Positions 1-8,987 of a stretch of 40,000 bases of DNA are shown here, one piece after another (the first letter of the stretch is position 1; each line of letters opens with the position of its first letter). The stretch covers positions 924,502 through 964,501 of the forward strand of contig JAGB01000001.1 in NCBI GenBank assembly GCA_000526435.1, written 5' to 3'. A program made the position numbers and the translations under genes. The stretch comes from Caldicoprobacter oshimai DSM 21659 (lineage in GTDB: Bacteria; Bacillota; Clostridia; Caldicoprobacterales; Caldicoprobacteraceae). The notes under the pieces were generated by a model. That model made no database searches. It was given only the letters and a program-made list of their open reading frames with translations, and had not been told where the DNA came from.

Positions 1-146
1 GGCTGCTTTATAAAGGTCAGCTTTGTGCTCACCGCAGCAGCGCCGTGCTTTTCTGCCTCGATCAGCCATTTTATCTTGCTGGTCAAAGGGCTGGAAGCTA
101 TTACTACTGGGTTTTTGAATTTGATGCCTGCAAACTCCAACATCAT

Positions 147-1190
147 CTACTCACCAAACCTTTCCAAAAACACTTCTTTGCCAGTCCTGGCCGATTCATA
201 TATAGCCAGTATAAGGTCAACGGCCTTCCTGGCCGACTCGCCGGTGATCATGGGGTCTCTGTCCTCTATGACTGCCGAGATCATATCGTCTATCAGCGCA
301 TAATGTCCCCAGCTGGAGATGGCTGCCGCATCGGCCGAACCGCCGATCTTCTCGCTCTTCACATCGGGGAATGTATCCACATCGCTCCCTATAGTTCTCC
401 ATTGCTTAAACCCCGAATCCCCAAAGATGACGCTCCCCTTCTGGCCATGGATTTCAAGCCGCGTCTCCTGAGGGGGATAAACCGATGTAGTGCCTTCGAT
501 TACACCGATGGCGCCGTTTTTAAACTTCAAAAGGGCTATGGCCGTATCCTCCACCTCTATATCCCTCGCCAAGGTCTCGGCCCTCGCAAACACGCTGGCC
601 ACATCGCCCACTAGCCACATAAGCAAGTCGATACCATGGACGCCCTGGTTCATCAAAGCACCGCCGCCATCCAGCTCCCATGTCCCACGCCATCCGGCGG
701 AGTTATAATACTCCTGGCTGCGGAAGTATTTCAGATAGGCATCAGCGAGAACGATCTTGCCAAACTCGCCCCTTTCGATGGCCTTCTTGGTCTCGATGGC
801 CTCCTTCATCAACCTTCTCTGGAACACGCAACCCAGCTTGACGTTGTTGCGCCTGCAGGCCTCTATCATACGGGTCATCTTGTCGGCATTGATGTCCAGC
901 GGCTTTTCGCAGAAGACATGCTTGCCAGCATTGGCCGCATCAATGGTCATATCGCCGTGAAGCCCGCTGGGCGTGCAGATGCACACCACGTCTATGTCCT
1001 TTCTCTCCAGCATCTTCCGATAGTCGGTGTAATAGTATGGGGCATTGTACTTTTGTTGAAACTTCCTGGCCTTCTCCTCTTCAATATCGCATACCGCCAC
1101 CAGTTCTCCCCTCTTGTTGTTTACGATGGCATCTGCGTGATGGGGAGCTATAACGCCGCACCCTATAATCCCGAACCTGACCTTTTCCAT
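147..1190 (-). CDS. Gfo/Idh/MocA family NAD(P)-dependent oxidoreductase
   Basis: 347-aa ORF. It has an N-terminal Rossmann motif (RFGIIGCGVIAPHH) and the family EKP motif (FCEKPL). A GGGAGG RBS lies upstream of the ATG at 1190. Confidence 0.85.
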   Translation of the reverse strand: MEKVRFGIIGCGVIAPHHADAIVNNKRGELVAVCDIEEEKARKFQQKYNAPYYYTDYRKMLERKDIDVVCICTPSGLHGDMTIDAANAGKHVFCEKPLDINADKMTRMIEACRRNNVKLGCVFQRRLMKEAIETKKAIERGEFGKIVLADAYLKYFRSQEYYNSAGWRGTWELDGGGALMNQGVHGIDLLMWLVGDVASVFARAETLARDIEVEDTAIALLKFKNGAIGVIEGTTSVYPPQETRLEIHGQKGSVIFGDSGFKQWRTIGSDVDTFPDVKSEKIGGSADAAAISSWGHYALIDDMISAVIEDRDPMITGESARKAVDLILAIYESARTGKEVFLERFGE

Positions 1191-1206
1191 TTTTAAATCA
1201 TCCTCC

Positions 1207-1236
1207 CGTTTTCTTTTATTTCGTTTTCTTTTATTT
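1207..1236. repeat. Perfect tandem duplication of the 15-mer CGTTTTCTTTTATTT in the leader of the oxidoreductase gene
   Basis: Read directly: unit 1 is 1207-1221 and unit 2 is 1222-1236. A partial third start (CTTTTA) follows. The repeat sits just upstream (gene sense) of the RBS. Confidence 0.9.
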
Positions 1237-1458
1237 CTTTTAAAAAATTAGATGTGAAGGCTTTAAGATATATGCTAGTATATACCCGGCTGATTAAGCA
1301 TTTCCTTTATTTGCATCAACATTTGCACCAGCTATTTCCCTCAACTTGGATGTGAAATCTTAACGGCTGAAAAGCTACCTTGCTAAAGACCTCGCTGCGA
1401 GAATATGTTGCAATAAATCCGACTTATACGCCACCAATTGAGAACTTTGTACCGAAAG

Positions 1459-2454
1459 TCAACACAGGCGTACCTCTTCCAGGCTCTCGTCAATCTCTAT
1501 GGCAGCCAGGCTAGACATCAGCACATCCTCGCCGGAAATTATCACGTCCTTCCTGCCCTCAATGCGGTTTATAAAATCCTGGATGAGCGTAGTGGGTACG
1601 GCCACGTCCTCGCACCTTATATAGGTTTCGGTATCCCTGATGAGCAGTGCAAATGGCTCGCCCTTTGCCTGGCAGTCGCCCGTGGTGCGTACCTCAACCC
1701 TGCCCTGTGTTCCTACGCAGAATATCCGCCCGTCACCGAAAGTAAAATAAGAGTCGGGCATCCACCAGTTGGCCTCAAGGGTAGCTACCACCCCGTTTTT
1801 CATCTTTATAACAGCGTTTACGCTGTCGTAAAAGGTCTCATACTGAGGATAGGCCGTCTTCTTGATATAACCGCTGCACGAGTCAAGCTCGCTGCCGGTA
1901 AACCAGCGAAGCAGGTCTATATCGTGTATAAGAAGGTCTATGGCTATTCCGCCGTTCTCCTCTTTGGAGAAGTGCCACGGGGCTCGCTTCTTTTCAAGCA
2001 GCTTGTGGGGTTTCATGATGGTAAAGCTGACCACCTGTCCCAGCCTGCCTTCACGTATCATCTTCCACAGGGCATAAATGGGGGGATTAAATCGCTCGGT
2101 CAGCATCATGCCCACCTGAATTCTCCCTTGCCTTATTACCTTCTCAAGCCTTGCATAGCCTTCCCTGCTGGTCACTATGGGCTTATCTGCCATGACGTGA
2201 ATGCCTTGCTGATTGCACAGCTCGACGATGTCGATCTTCCGGTTGTTGACGGCCGAGGTGCCTATGACATCGGGCTTCAGCTTGAACAGATCTTCCCCTC
2301 TGTCAAACAGGGGCACCCTGTACTTCTCAGCCATACCCTTGGCTATATCCAGCTCGGTCTCGTAAATACCTACAAACTCATGCCCCAGCTTGAGCATCTC
2401 ATCGACAAACTCGGCTATGTGCACATGCCTGCACCCGTAAATGCCGAACCTCAT
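1459..2454 (-). CDS. Gfo/Idh/MocA family oxidoreductase (second paralog)
   Basis: 331-aa ORF with an N-terminal MRFGIYGCRHVHI and a VMADKPI motif. Its start overlaps the stop of the upstream NagB-like gene (2451-2454), which suggests translational coupling. Confidence 0.75.
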   Translation of the reverse strand: MRFGIYGCRHVHIAEFVDEMLKLGHEFVGIYETELDIAKGMAEKYRVPLFDRGEDLFKLKPDVIGTSAVNNRKIDIVELCNQQGIHVMADKPIVTSREGYARLEKVIRQGRIQVGMMLTERFNPPIYALWKMIREGRLGQVVSFTIMKPHKLLEKKRAPWHFSKEENGGIAIDLLIHDIDLLRWFTGSELDSCSGYIKKTAYPQYETFYDSVNAVIKMKNGVVATLEANWWMPDSYFTFGDGRIFCVGTQGRVEVRTTGDCQAKGEPFALLIRDTETYIRCEDVAVPTTLIQDFINRIEGRKDVIISGEDVLMSSLAAIEIDESLEEVRLC

Positions 2455-3233
2455 ACCAATCCCTCCACCAGCTTGGCGGCATCCCTGTCTAAAAACAGCA
2501 CAGCCCTGTCATGTGTCCTGAGGACAGAGGCCGGGCACTTCTCGGTAATGGGGCCTGTCAGTGCAGACTTTACCGCCTCGGCTTTCCGCTCGGTGGGGAC
2601 GATGCAGTATATATACTCCGCCGCCATAATGGCCGGCACCGTCATGGTTATGGCATAGCGGGGCACATCGTCCATGGAGGCAAACTTGAAATCGTGGAAC
2701 TGCTGAGTCCTGCACTTCTCATCCAGAGTAACGCTCTTTACCAGCTTGGGGTCATCAAAATCGGCTTCGTGCGGCTCATTGAAAGCAATGTGCCCATTCT
2801 CCCCTATACCCAAGCACACGATGTCGATGGGCTTCTCAGCGAGGAGCTGCGCGTATCGCTGGCATTCGGCCTCTATATCCGAATTTTTGCCGTTCAAATA
2901 AAATACTCTGCCGGGATGGACCTTATCTACCACATGGTCCTTTATGAACCTCGCAAAGCTGTAGTTATCTTCCAAAGAAGCTCCTACATACTCATCCAGG
3001 TGAAAAGCCGTCACCCTGCTCCAATCGATGCCCTGCTCCTGCACCAGGTATTTCAAAAAATCCGACTGCGAAGGCGCCGACGCAAATACCACCCTCACCT
3101 CCTCCTTAGAGCCGAGGAGCTCCCTCAGCCTAGCAGCCACGCTGCTGGCAGCGGCCCTCCCCATCTCATCCCTGTTCTCATACACCTGCACCTTCAGCTT
3201 GTCAAATTGCTTTTCAATACAGCAGCTCTTCAT
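2451..3233 (-). CDS. NagB-family sugar-phosphate deaminase/isomerase (glucosamine-6-P deaminase / 6-phosphogluconolactonase-like)
   Basis: 260-aa ORF carrying the motifs VVFASAPSQ, FHLDEYVG and GIGENGHIAFNEP. An AAGGGTG RBS lies upstream of the ATG at 3233. Confidence 0.8.
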   Translation of the reverse strand: MKSCCIEKQFDKLKVQVYENRDEMGRAAASSVAARLRELLGSKEEVRVVFASAPSQSDFLKYLVQEQGIDWSRVTAFHLDEYVGASLEDNYSFARFIKDHVVDKVHPGRVFYLNGKNSDIEAECQRYAQLLAEKPIDIVCLGIGENGHIAFNEPHEADFDDPKLVKSVTLDEKCRTQQFHDFKFASMDDVPRYAITMTVPAIMAAEYIYCIVPTERKAEAVKSALTGPITEKCPASVLRTHDRAVLFLDRDAAKLVEGLV

Positions 3234-3258
3234 AAGACACCCTTCCCTTCATTTATAA

Positions 3259-3270
3259 GATATCGATTTC
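3259..3270. promoter_or_regulatory. Near-palindromic 12-mer GATATCGATTTC, putative LacI-family operator (copy 1, upstream of the NagB-like operon)
   Basis: It differs by one mismatch from the perfect palindrome GAAATCGATTTC and has the central CG typical of LacI/GalR operators. The identical 13-mer AGATATCGATTTC recurs at 4416-4428. This copy lies about 26 nt upstream of the NagB-like start. Confidence 0.4.
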
Positions 3271-3276
3271 GATTCT

Positions 3277-4320
3277 TCACGCCAGCGGTTTTACAGAATC
3301 CCGTATGATCAATTTGGGATGAAGGTTTACGCTCATGTTGGAATGGTTGTTTCCAGAAAGTTTATCCAGCAACAGCATCGCCGCCAACCGCCCCACCTCA
3401 TAGGCGGGATATTGAACCGTTGTAAGGGGCGGTGAAAACATCCTGGCAAACGAGATGTCATCAAACCCGATCACCGATATGTCATCCGGCACCCTTTTCC
3501 CATGGAGATACATCTGCTGGATAAACCCAAAGGCCGTCATATCGTTGACCGCCAACACGGCTGTGGCATCCAGCTTGCGCTTTATAAATTCGTCGGCCAT
3601 CTCCTTCCCGTTTTTGAACTCAAAGCCCTCTTCATCGATCTCCTCCTCGTGGCTGCCGATGAGGAAATACTCCTCCTCAACGGCAATGCCGTTGTCGCTG
3701 AGCGCCGCTTTATACCCTTTAAAGGTCTCCTTGCGAGTCCACTTGGTGAGCGGCGAGCTGACAAAGGCGATCTTGCGATGCCCGTTCTGTATGAGGTACT
3801 CCACAGCCATATAGGCCCCTTTGAAGCAGTCAAAGCTTATGAAGCTGCACTCCAGATTGTCTATCTTTTGGTCCAGCAGCACAAACTCCAAGCCCTTTTC
3901 GATATATTCCTGGATATTCCTGGCACCCAGCGTTGAGATGATGACGCCCTTTACTTGCTTCTCGTAAAGCGACTGAAGGTATCTCTTCTCCTTTTCTACA
4001 TCCCTGAATGTGTTGCACAAAAGCAAGTTGTATCCCCTTTTATCGGCCTCTTTCTCTATGCCCAGAATGACCGATGAATAAAACGGGTTTGATATGGTGG
4101 GAATTATCACGCCTATATCATTGCTGGTATTGCTCTTTAGGCTTCTTGCCAGCATGTTGGGCGAGTAATTGAGCTTCTTTGCGGCCTCAACAACCCTCTT
4201 TCTTAACGCCTCTTTCACAGGATAATTGGAACCGCTCAACACCCTTGAAGCGGTAGCCGGCGAAACGTTGGCCATCTTTGCTACATCGTATATGGTTACC
4301 TTGTCTTTTACCCTAGGCAT
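3277..4320 (-). CDS. LacI/GalR family transcriptional regulator
   Basis: N-terminal HTH (VTIYDVAKMANVSPATASRVLSG) followed by a periplasmic-binding-protein-like sugar-binding core. I moved the start to the ATG at 4320 (MPRVKDK) because GGAGG lies 9 nt upstream. The longer 4407 start has no such support. Confidence 0.9.
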   Translation of the reverse strand: MPRVKDKVTIYDVAKMANVSPATASRVLSGSNYPVKEALRKRVVEAAKKLNYSPNMLARSLKSNTSNDIGVIIPTISNPFYSSVILGIEKEADKRGYNLLLCNTFRDVEKEKRYLQSLYEKQVKGVIISTLGARNIQEYIEKGLEFVLLDQKIDNLECSFISFDCFKGAYMAVEYLIQNGHRKIAFVSSPLTKWTRKETFKGYKAALSDNGIAVEEEYFLIGSHEEEIDEEGFEFKNGKEMADEFIKRKLDATAVLAVNDMTAFGFIQQMYLHGKRVPDDISVIGFDDISFARMFSPPLTTVQYPAYEVGRLAAMLLLDKLSGNNHSNMSVNLHPKLIIRDSVKPLA

Positions 4321-4416
4321 CTCAACGTACCTCCGCTTTGGACGTTTGCTTGAATCCATCTCAACGTAAATCAGAAGCTTTAGCCTGTATGTCCTCAGCC
4401 TCCGCACTCAGTTTTA

Positions 4417-4428
4417 GATATCGATTTC
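4417..4428. promoter_or_regulatory. Near-palindromic 12-mer GATATCGATTTC, putative LacI-family operator (copy 2, upstream of the lacI-family gene)
   Basis: Same 12-mer as at 3259-3270, located about 97 nt upstream of the regulator start at 4320. Confidence 0.4.
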
Positions 4429-4532
4429 TGTATGATGTATATTCGACGCATTTCAAAAAATTCCTTCTAAGTTTTTAAAAATTTTTTATAAAAATCGCTC
4501 AAAAAGAAAAACCTAAAATGCCCAACCGGACA

Positions 4533-4576
4533 CAAAAAAGAGGGCTGCCAGACAAAGTCTGACAACCCTCTTTTTA
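4533..4576 (-). terminator. Rho-independent terminator after the mannitol-dehydrogenase-family gene
   Basis: On the minus strand it reads AGAGGGTTGTCAGAC-TTTG-GTCTGGCAGCCCTCT followed by TTTTTTG. It starts about 15 nt after the stop at 4591. Confidence 0.7.
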
Positions 4577-4590
4577 CGGCTCTGTTTCTA

Positions 4591-6195
4591 TCACACCTTT
4601 ATATATTTCTCCAGAGTCTTCCTCACCGCTCCCCTGCCGTAAACCAGCTCTGCAAACATGGCCTCGACTTTGGGAGCAAGGTTGTACTCGTACAGGTTGA
4701 CGCCAAAGATGTTTTCGTTGGACAGTATGGGCTTTAAGGCCTCGGTAAACGGCCCTGTATCTCCCAGCCTTATGTCCTTGACGTAGGACTGCAGGGTCTC
4801 CAGCATGGGATCGGGGCTGGGCGTGAAAGGATTGCCCTCATCGTCCACTCCCATGAGATACCTGATCCAACCTGCAAAGAAGAGCGGTATATAGGTCAAT
4901 GTGGATATGTCCCTCTTACCGGTCCTGATATAGGCCTTCAGGGTCTCGCCAAAGCGCACCGGTATCTTCTGCGATGTATCGGTAGCGATCCTCTGGGGCG
5001 TATCGGGTACGAATGGGTTGGGGAACCGCTTCTCAATGACCTCTTTTATGAACTCGTGAGGATTAATTATACCCGGGTCAACCACCACCGGCAGCCCCTC
5101 TTCATACCCCACCTTTTCTATAAAAGCCTTCAAGTGCTTATCCTTCATCTCATCGGCAATCGACTTGTAGCCCAGCAGGCAGCCGTAAATTGCCAGTACG
5201 GTGTGAAGTGGATTCAAGCAGGTACACACCTTCATCTTTTCGACCTTATCCACCGTCTCCCTATCGGTGAATATAACGCCGGCCTTCTCTAGAGGCGGCC
5301 TTGAATTGGGGAATACATCCTCAATCACCAGATATTGTGCTTCTTCAGCATTCACAAAGGAGGATATATAGGTATTCTTCCTGGTGCACACTATGTCGGC
5401 GCCCTCAAGGCCTTCGGCTTCCAGCATGGCCTTTACCTGCTCGGACGGGCGCGGCGTTATCTTGTCTATCATGCTCCAGGGAAAGGATACGAGACTCGGA
5501 TCTTCAATGTAATCCTTGAAACCCCTGTCAACAAAACCTTTTTCTACCCAGGCATCGACAAAGGCTCTTACGGCCTCATACAGCCTGGTCCCGTTGTGGG
5601 AGCAGTTGTCCATGCTCACCAGTGCTATGGGCAACCTGCCAGCCTGATACCTCTTATAGCACAGCAGTGCGATCATAGCCATCAAGGTTTTCGGCTGATC
5701 CGATAAGGAGTTGAGGTCGTCCACCACATCGGGATAATACTCGCCCCTGGCATTTTTCAGCGAATAACCCTTTTCGGTTATGGTAAAGCTGGCCATCTGC
5801 AGTGACGGAGATGTAAATATCTCCACCAGCCTGTCCATGTTGCCCCTGGCAGGTATGGCCTCCACCACGCTGGCCACAACCCTCTTATCCACGCTACCGT
5901 CGGCCTTCAAAGTGACGACCACGCTGAGGTTATCAAAGGGCGCATAAGCCTTTTCTATAATCTCCTCGTCGTAAGACTCGCAGACTATGATGCCCCTGTC
6001 GCTGTACCCTCCTTCCAGAAGGGTTTGCTGCAGCACAGCCGGAAAAGCCCTGAATATGTTGCCTGCTCCAAAATGAATCCATATGGGGTCCTTCCGGGTC
6101 TTCTCCCTTATCTTTTCGATATCAAACTCAGGCAGCTTATAGCCCTTTTCCTCCCATACCTGTCGATTTTTCAAATCGGCCACGCTAAGCTTCAT
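4591..6195 (-). CDS. Mannitol dehydrogenase family oxidoreductase (UxuB/UxaB-like hexuronate-pathway reductase)
   Basis: 534-aa ORF. The N-terminal IHFGAGNIFRAF dinucleotide-binding motif and overall length match long-chain mannitol-DH-family enzymes. Substrate cannot be assigned from sequence alone. Confidence 0.75.
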   Translation of the reverse strand: MKLSVADLKNRQVWEEKGYKLPEFDIEKIREKTRKDPIWIHFGAGNIFRAFPAVLQQTLLEGGYSDRGIIVCESYDEEIIEKAYAPFDNLSVVVTLKADGSVDKRVVASVVEAIPARGNMDRLVEIFTSPSLQMASFTITEKGYSLKNARGEYYPDVVDDLNSLSDQPKTLMAMIALLCYKRYQAGRLPIALVSMDNCSHNGTRLYEAVRAFVDAWVEKGFVDRGFKDYIEDPSLVSFPWSMIDKITPRPSEQVKAMLEAEGLEGADIVCTRKNTYISSFVNAEEAQYLVIEDVFPNSRPPLEKAGVIFTDRETVDKVEKMKVCTCLNPLHTVLAIYGCLLGYKSIADEMKDKHLKAFIEKVGYEEGLPVVVDPGIINPHEFIKEVIEKRFPNPFVPDTPQRIATDTSQKIPVRFGETLKAYIRTGKRDISTLTYIPLFFAGWIRYLMGVDDEGNPFTPSPDPMLETLQSYVKDIRLGDTGPFTEALKPILSNENIFGVNLYEYNLAPKVEAMFAELVYGRGAVRKTLEKYIKV

Positions 6196-6233
6196 ACTTT
6201 CACCCCAACTTCTTAAAATTAATATATTTTACG

Positions 6234-6260
6234 CCACTATCCAATAGCTAGGGATAGTGG
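6234..6260. repeat. 27-bp near-perfect palindrome CCACTATCC-AATAGCTAG-GGATAGTGG upstream of the mannitol-DH-family gene
   Basis: Perfect 9-bp inverted arms (6234-6242 and 6252-6260), and the spacer contains the palindrome TAGCTA. It lies about 40 nt upstream of the start at 6195. Confidence 0.6.
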
Positions 6261-6641
6261 CCTATCAAAGTCCAAATTGGTTAACCGCTTACCTCGTTGC
6301 GCATTAATACTCTCCCATTAAGATAGCGCCTTTATAGCACCTTTCCACTCCATTTACTGGATTTACTGCGGAAGAAGAAAGTATTCTTCCACATTTTAGG
6401 TTTCAAGAAAAACAACATCCGCGCTTGATGCATGTCTTCAATCGAAAAGAAATACATTTCCGCTCAACAACCCGTTACTTTCGCCTTGTGTAATATGAAT
6501 AGTTTGAATACTCTATGCAAAAATTGCCTTCTCGGCCGATTGTCTCTTCATCCGACTGTCCCTTCGGCCGATTAGGCTTTTGCTTTCTTTATGCGGAAAA
6601 CAGATAAACGCTCAACTACCTGTATGCCTTCAAAAGCCGCC

Positions 6642-7637
6642 TCAATTCCCGCGAACGCTTAGCGTAATGGCATCTACCGGGCAACGCTCGACGCACTGGC
6701 CGCACCCTGTACACTTATCAGCAAGCACCCTGTGCTTTTGCTTGCGCTCGCCATCTATGGACTCAAACTTGCACACCCTCTTGCAGGCAGTGCAGCCTAT
6801 GCACTTGTCCTCATCGATAAAGGCCACTTTGCGCTTGCTGAAATCGGCATATATGGCGCCGGTTGGACATTTCTCAGCGCATACCATGCAGTTTACACAC
6901 TTATCATACCTTATCCTGGCAAGATTGTCAACAAAGTCTATGGCCTCAAACTGACAAGCCTTGACGCACAGCCTGCACCCTATACATCCCACCTTGCAGT
7001 TTTCACGCACCTGTTTGCCCGGGTCCTTGGATATACACAGCACCTGTACCAGGCTGGATTCAGGGATAAGCTCTATCAAATTCTTGGGGCAGGCCTCTAC
7101 GCATTTGCCGCACCCGGTACACCTGTCGGGGTCCACCACAGCAATGCCACGGTCGGATATGTGGATGGCATCGAAGGGGCATGCCCTCACGCAGGTCCCA
7201 AGCCCAAGGCAACCGTAGCTGCAACCCTTTGGCCCGCTGGCCAGCATGGATGCCGCCACGCAATCCTGTATGCCCCTGTATTCGTACTTGTTCACGGCGT
7301 TGTGGCAGTCACCCTGGCACAGCACACGGGCAATATGTCGTTCCTTCTCCTCGACCTCAACGCCCATTATGCTACCAACCTTCAGTGCCACAGGCGACCC
7401 ACCTACGGTACAGCCATCCACCGGCGCCTTACCGGAGGCCACAGCATCGGCAAAACCATCGCACCCCGGATAGCCGCATGCACCGCAATTGGCACCCGGC
7501 AACACCTCACGGATGGCTTCAGCCCTGGGGTCCTTCTCAACCGCAAACCTCTTCGACGCAAACGCCAGAACTGCCCCAAACAAAAGCCCCATGCCCCCTA
7601 GACTGAGCAGGGACAGCAGTATCTTCTCCATGGACAA
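6642..7637 (-). CDS. rnfB: Rnf electron-transport complex subunit B (polyferredoxin-type)
   Basis: N-terminal TM helix, a CGACGYPGC cluster motif, then several CxxCxxCxxxCP ferredoxin motifs. It is the last gene of an rnfCDGEAB arrangement. Confidence 0.9.
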   Translation of the reverse strand: MSMEKILLSLLSLGGMGLLFGAVLAFASKRFAVEKDPRAEAIREVLPGANCGACGYPGCDGFADAVASGKAPVDGCTVGGSPVALKVGSIMGVEVEEKERHIARVLCQGDCHNAVNKYEYRGIQDCVAASMLASGPKGCSYGCLGLGTCVRACPFDAIHISDRGIAVVDPDRCTGCGKCVEACPKNLIELIPESSLVQVLCISKDPGKQVRENCKVGCIGCRLCVKACQFEAIDFVDNLARIRYDKCVNCMVCAEKCPTGAIYADFSKRKVAFIDEDKCIGCTACKRVCKFESIDGERKQKHRVLADKCTGCGQCVERCPVDAITLSVRGN

Positions 7638-7646
7638 TATCCCCCC

Positions 7647-8234
7647 TTACTTTATGAGCCCCTGGAACCCTAAAAAGGCCACCGACATCAAGCCCGCTGT
7701 AATGAGGGCTATGGGAAAACCTTTAAGCGGCTTGGGTATATCCGACAGTTCCAGCCTTTCGCGTACTCCAGCAAAAAGCACGATGGCCAGGGTAAATCCA
7801 AGGGCAGCGCCCACTCCGTTAAAAAGCGCCTGAATCAAATCGTACTTCTCGTCTATGTTTATGATTGCCACGCCCAGCACGGCACAGTTGGTGGTAATAA
7901 GCGGTAGATACACGCCCAGCGCCTGGTACAGCGTCGGGCTGGTCTTCTGTATCACCATCTCGACGAACTGCACCAGCGAGGCTATCACCAGAATGAATAT
8001 GATGGTCTGCAAATACTCAAGGCCCAAAGGCTCGAGTATGACATACTGGATTATATAGGTAATCAAAGATGTCATGGCCATCACGAAGGTAACGGCAGCG
8101 CCCATCCCCACAGCGGTTTCAACCCGCTTTGACACCCCAAGGAATGGGCAGATACCCAAGAACCTTGACATGACGAAGTTGTTTATAAGTATCGAGCTTA
8201 TCAATATGACGAATATTTTACCCACGTATTCCAT
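7647..8234 (-). CDS. rnfA: Rnf complex subunit A
   Basis: 195-aa polytopic membrane protein with the characteristic NNFVMSRFLGICPFLGVS N-terminus. Its position in the operon fits. Confidence 0.9.
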   Translation of the reverse strand: MEYVGKIFVILISSILINNFVMSRFLGICPFLGVSKRVETAVGMGAAVTFVMAMTSLITYIIQYVILEPLGLEYLQTIIFILVIASLVQFVEMVIQKTSPTLYQALGVYLPLITTNCAVLGVAIINIDEKYDLIQALFNGVGAALGFTLAIVLFAGVRERLELSDIPKPLKGFPIALITAGLMSVAFLGFQGLIK

Positions 8235-8393
8235 ACCCTTTCCCCCTACACATTGCTTTTTAATTGAACCTACACCCGCTTAGCGCACGGTCATCGCCAA
8301 ACACATCCAGAACGAAATCCGTATCAAAAATTTACCGTGCAACATCTATCCATCAAAATCAATTAATCCGTCTTTTCAGCTATTCAGCCAGCT

Positions 8394-8987
8394 CTACTCA
8401 GCCCTGCCTGTCAGCTTGTTGAGCAGCCCCAGCACCAGCCCAAGGGTTATAAATCCCCCGGGAGGCAGTATCATGATGACAGCTGGGCTGAAGCCATCCG
8501 AAAAAACGGGCATACCAAACCACGTCCCGGCGCCCAGTATCTCACGTATTGAACCCAGCAAAAGCAGCGCCAGGGTAAAACCTATGCCTATGCCCAATCC
8601 GTCCATTATCGACAGAAGCACCGAATTCTTGGATGCAAAAGACTCGGCCCTTGCCAGAATGATGCAGTTTACAACGATGAGCGGAATATATATGCCCAGG
8701 CTCTTGTTGAGCTCGGGAAGAAAGGCCTGCATTATCATGCTGACCACCGTCACAAAGGTGGCGATAACCACCACAAAGGCGGGAATCCTTATCTTCTGCG
8801 GTATGAAGCTTTTAAGCAGCGATATCACCAGGTTTGAACCCACCAGAACAAAGGTGGTGGCCAGCCCCATGCCTATGCCGTTTATGGCTGCAGTAGTCAA
8901 AGCAAGAGTAGGGCACATCCCCAGAACCATTCTGAAAGTGGGGTTTTCGTTGAGCACCCCGTTAAAAAACACCTTCAAAGCCTTCAT
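8394..8987 (-). CDS. rnfE: Rnf complex subunit E
   Basis: 197-aa membrane protein with ENPTFRMVLGMCPTLALTT, the RnfE/NqrD-like signature. Its position in the operon fits. Confidence 0.9.
   Translation of the reverse strand: MKALKVFFNGVLNENPTFRMVLGMCPTLALTTAAINGIGMGLATTFVLVGSNLVISLLKSFIPQKIRIPAFVVVIATFVTVVSMIMQAFLPELNKSLGIYIPLIVVNCIILARAESFASKNSVLLSIMDGLGIGIGFTLALLLLGSIREILGAGTWFGMPVFSDGFSPAVIMILPPGGFITLGLVLGLLNKLTGRAE

Noticed and set aside
1438-2658. Long plus-strand ORFs, for example 1438-2658, 2511-3308, 6732-7601, 9985-10674, 13542-14387 and 15517-16119.
   Set aside because: Each lies antisense to a minus-strand gene with clear family motifs. They are Pro/Ala/Gly/His-rich shadow frames typical of GC-rich coding DNA, and none has an RBS.
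4321-4407. A 29-codon 5' extension of the LacI-family ORF.
   Set aside because: The extension precedes the HTH and has no RBS. The ATG at 4320 has GGAGG 9 nt upstream and gives the canonical N-terminus.
6278-6293. A cre/LacI-like sequence TGGTTAACCGCTTACC upstream of the mannitol-DH-family gene.
   Set aside because: The palindromic symmetry is poor, and it does not resemble the GATATCGATTTC motif shared by the other two sites. It is not supportable by eye.
8235-8393. The 159-bp gap between rnfE and rnfA was examined for a small gene or structured element.
   Set aside because: I could see no ORF, repeat or convincing hairpin. It is probably just a longer intercistronic spacer.
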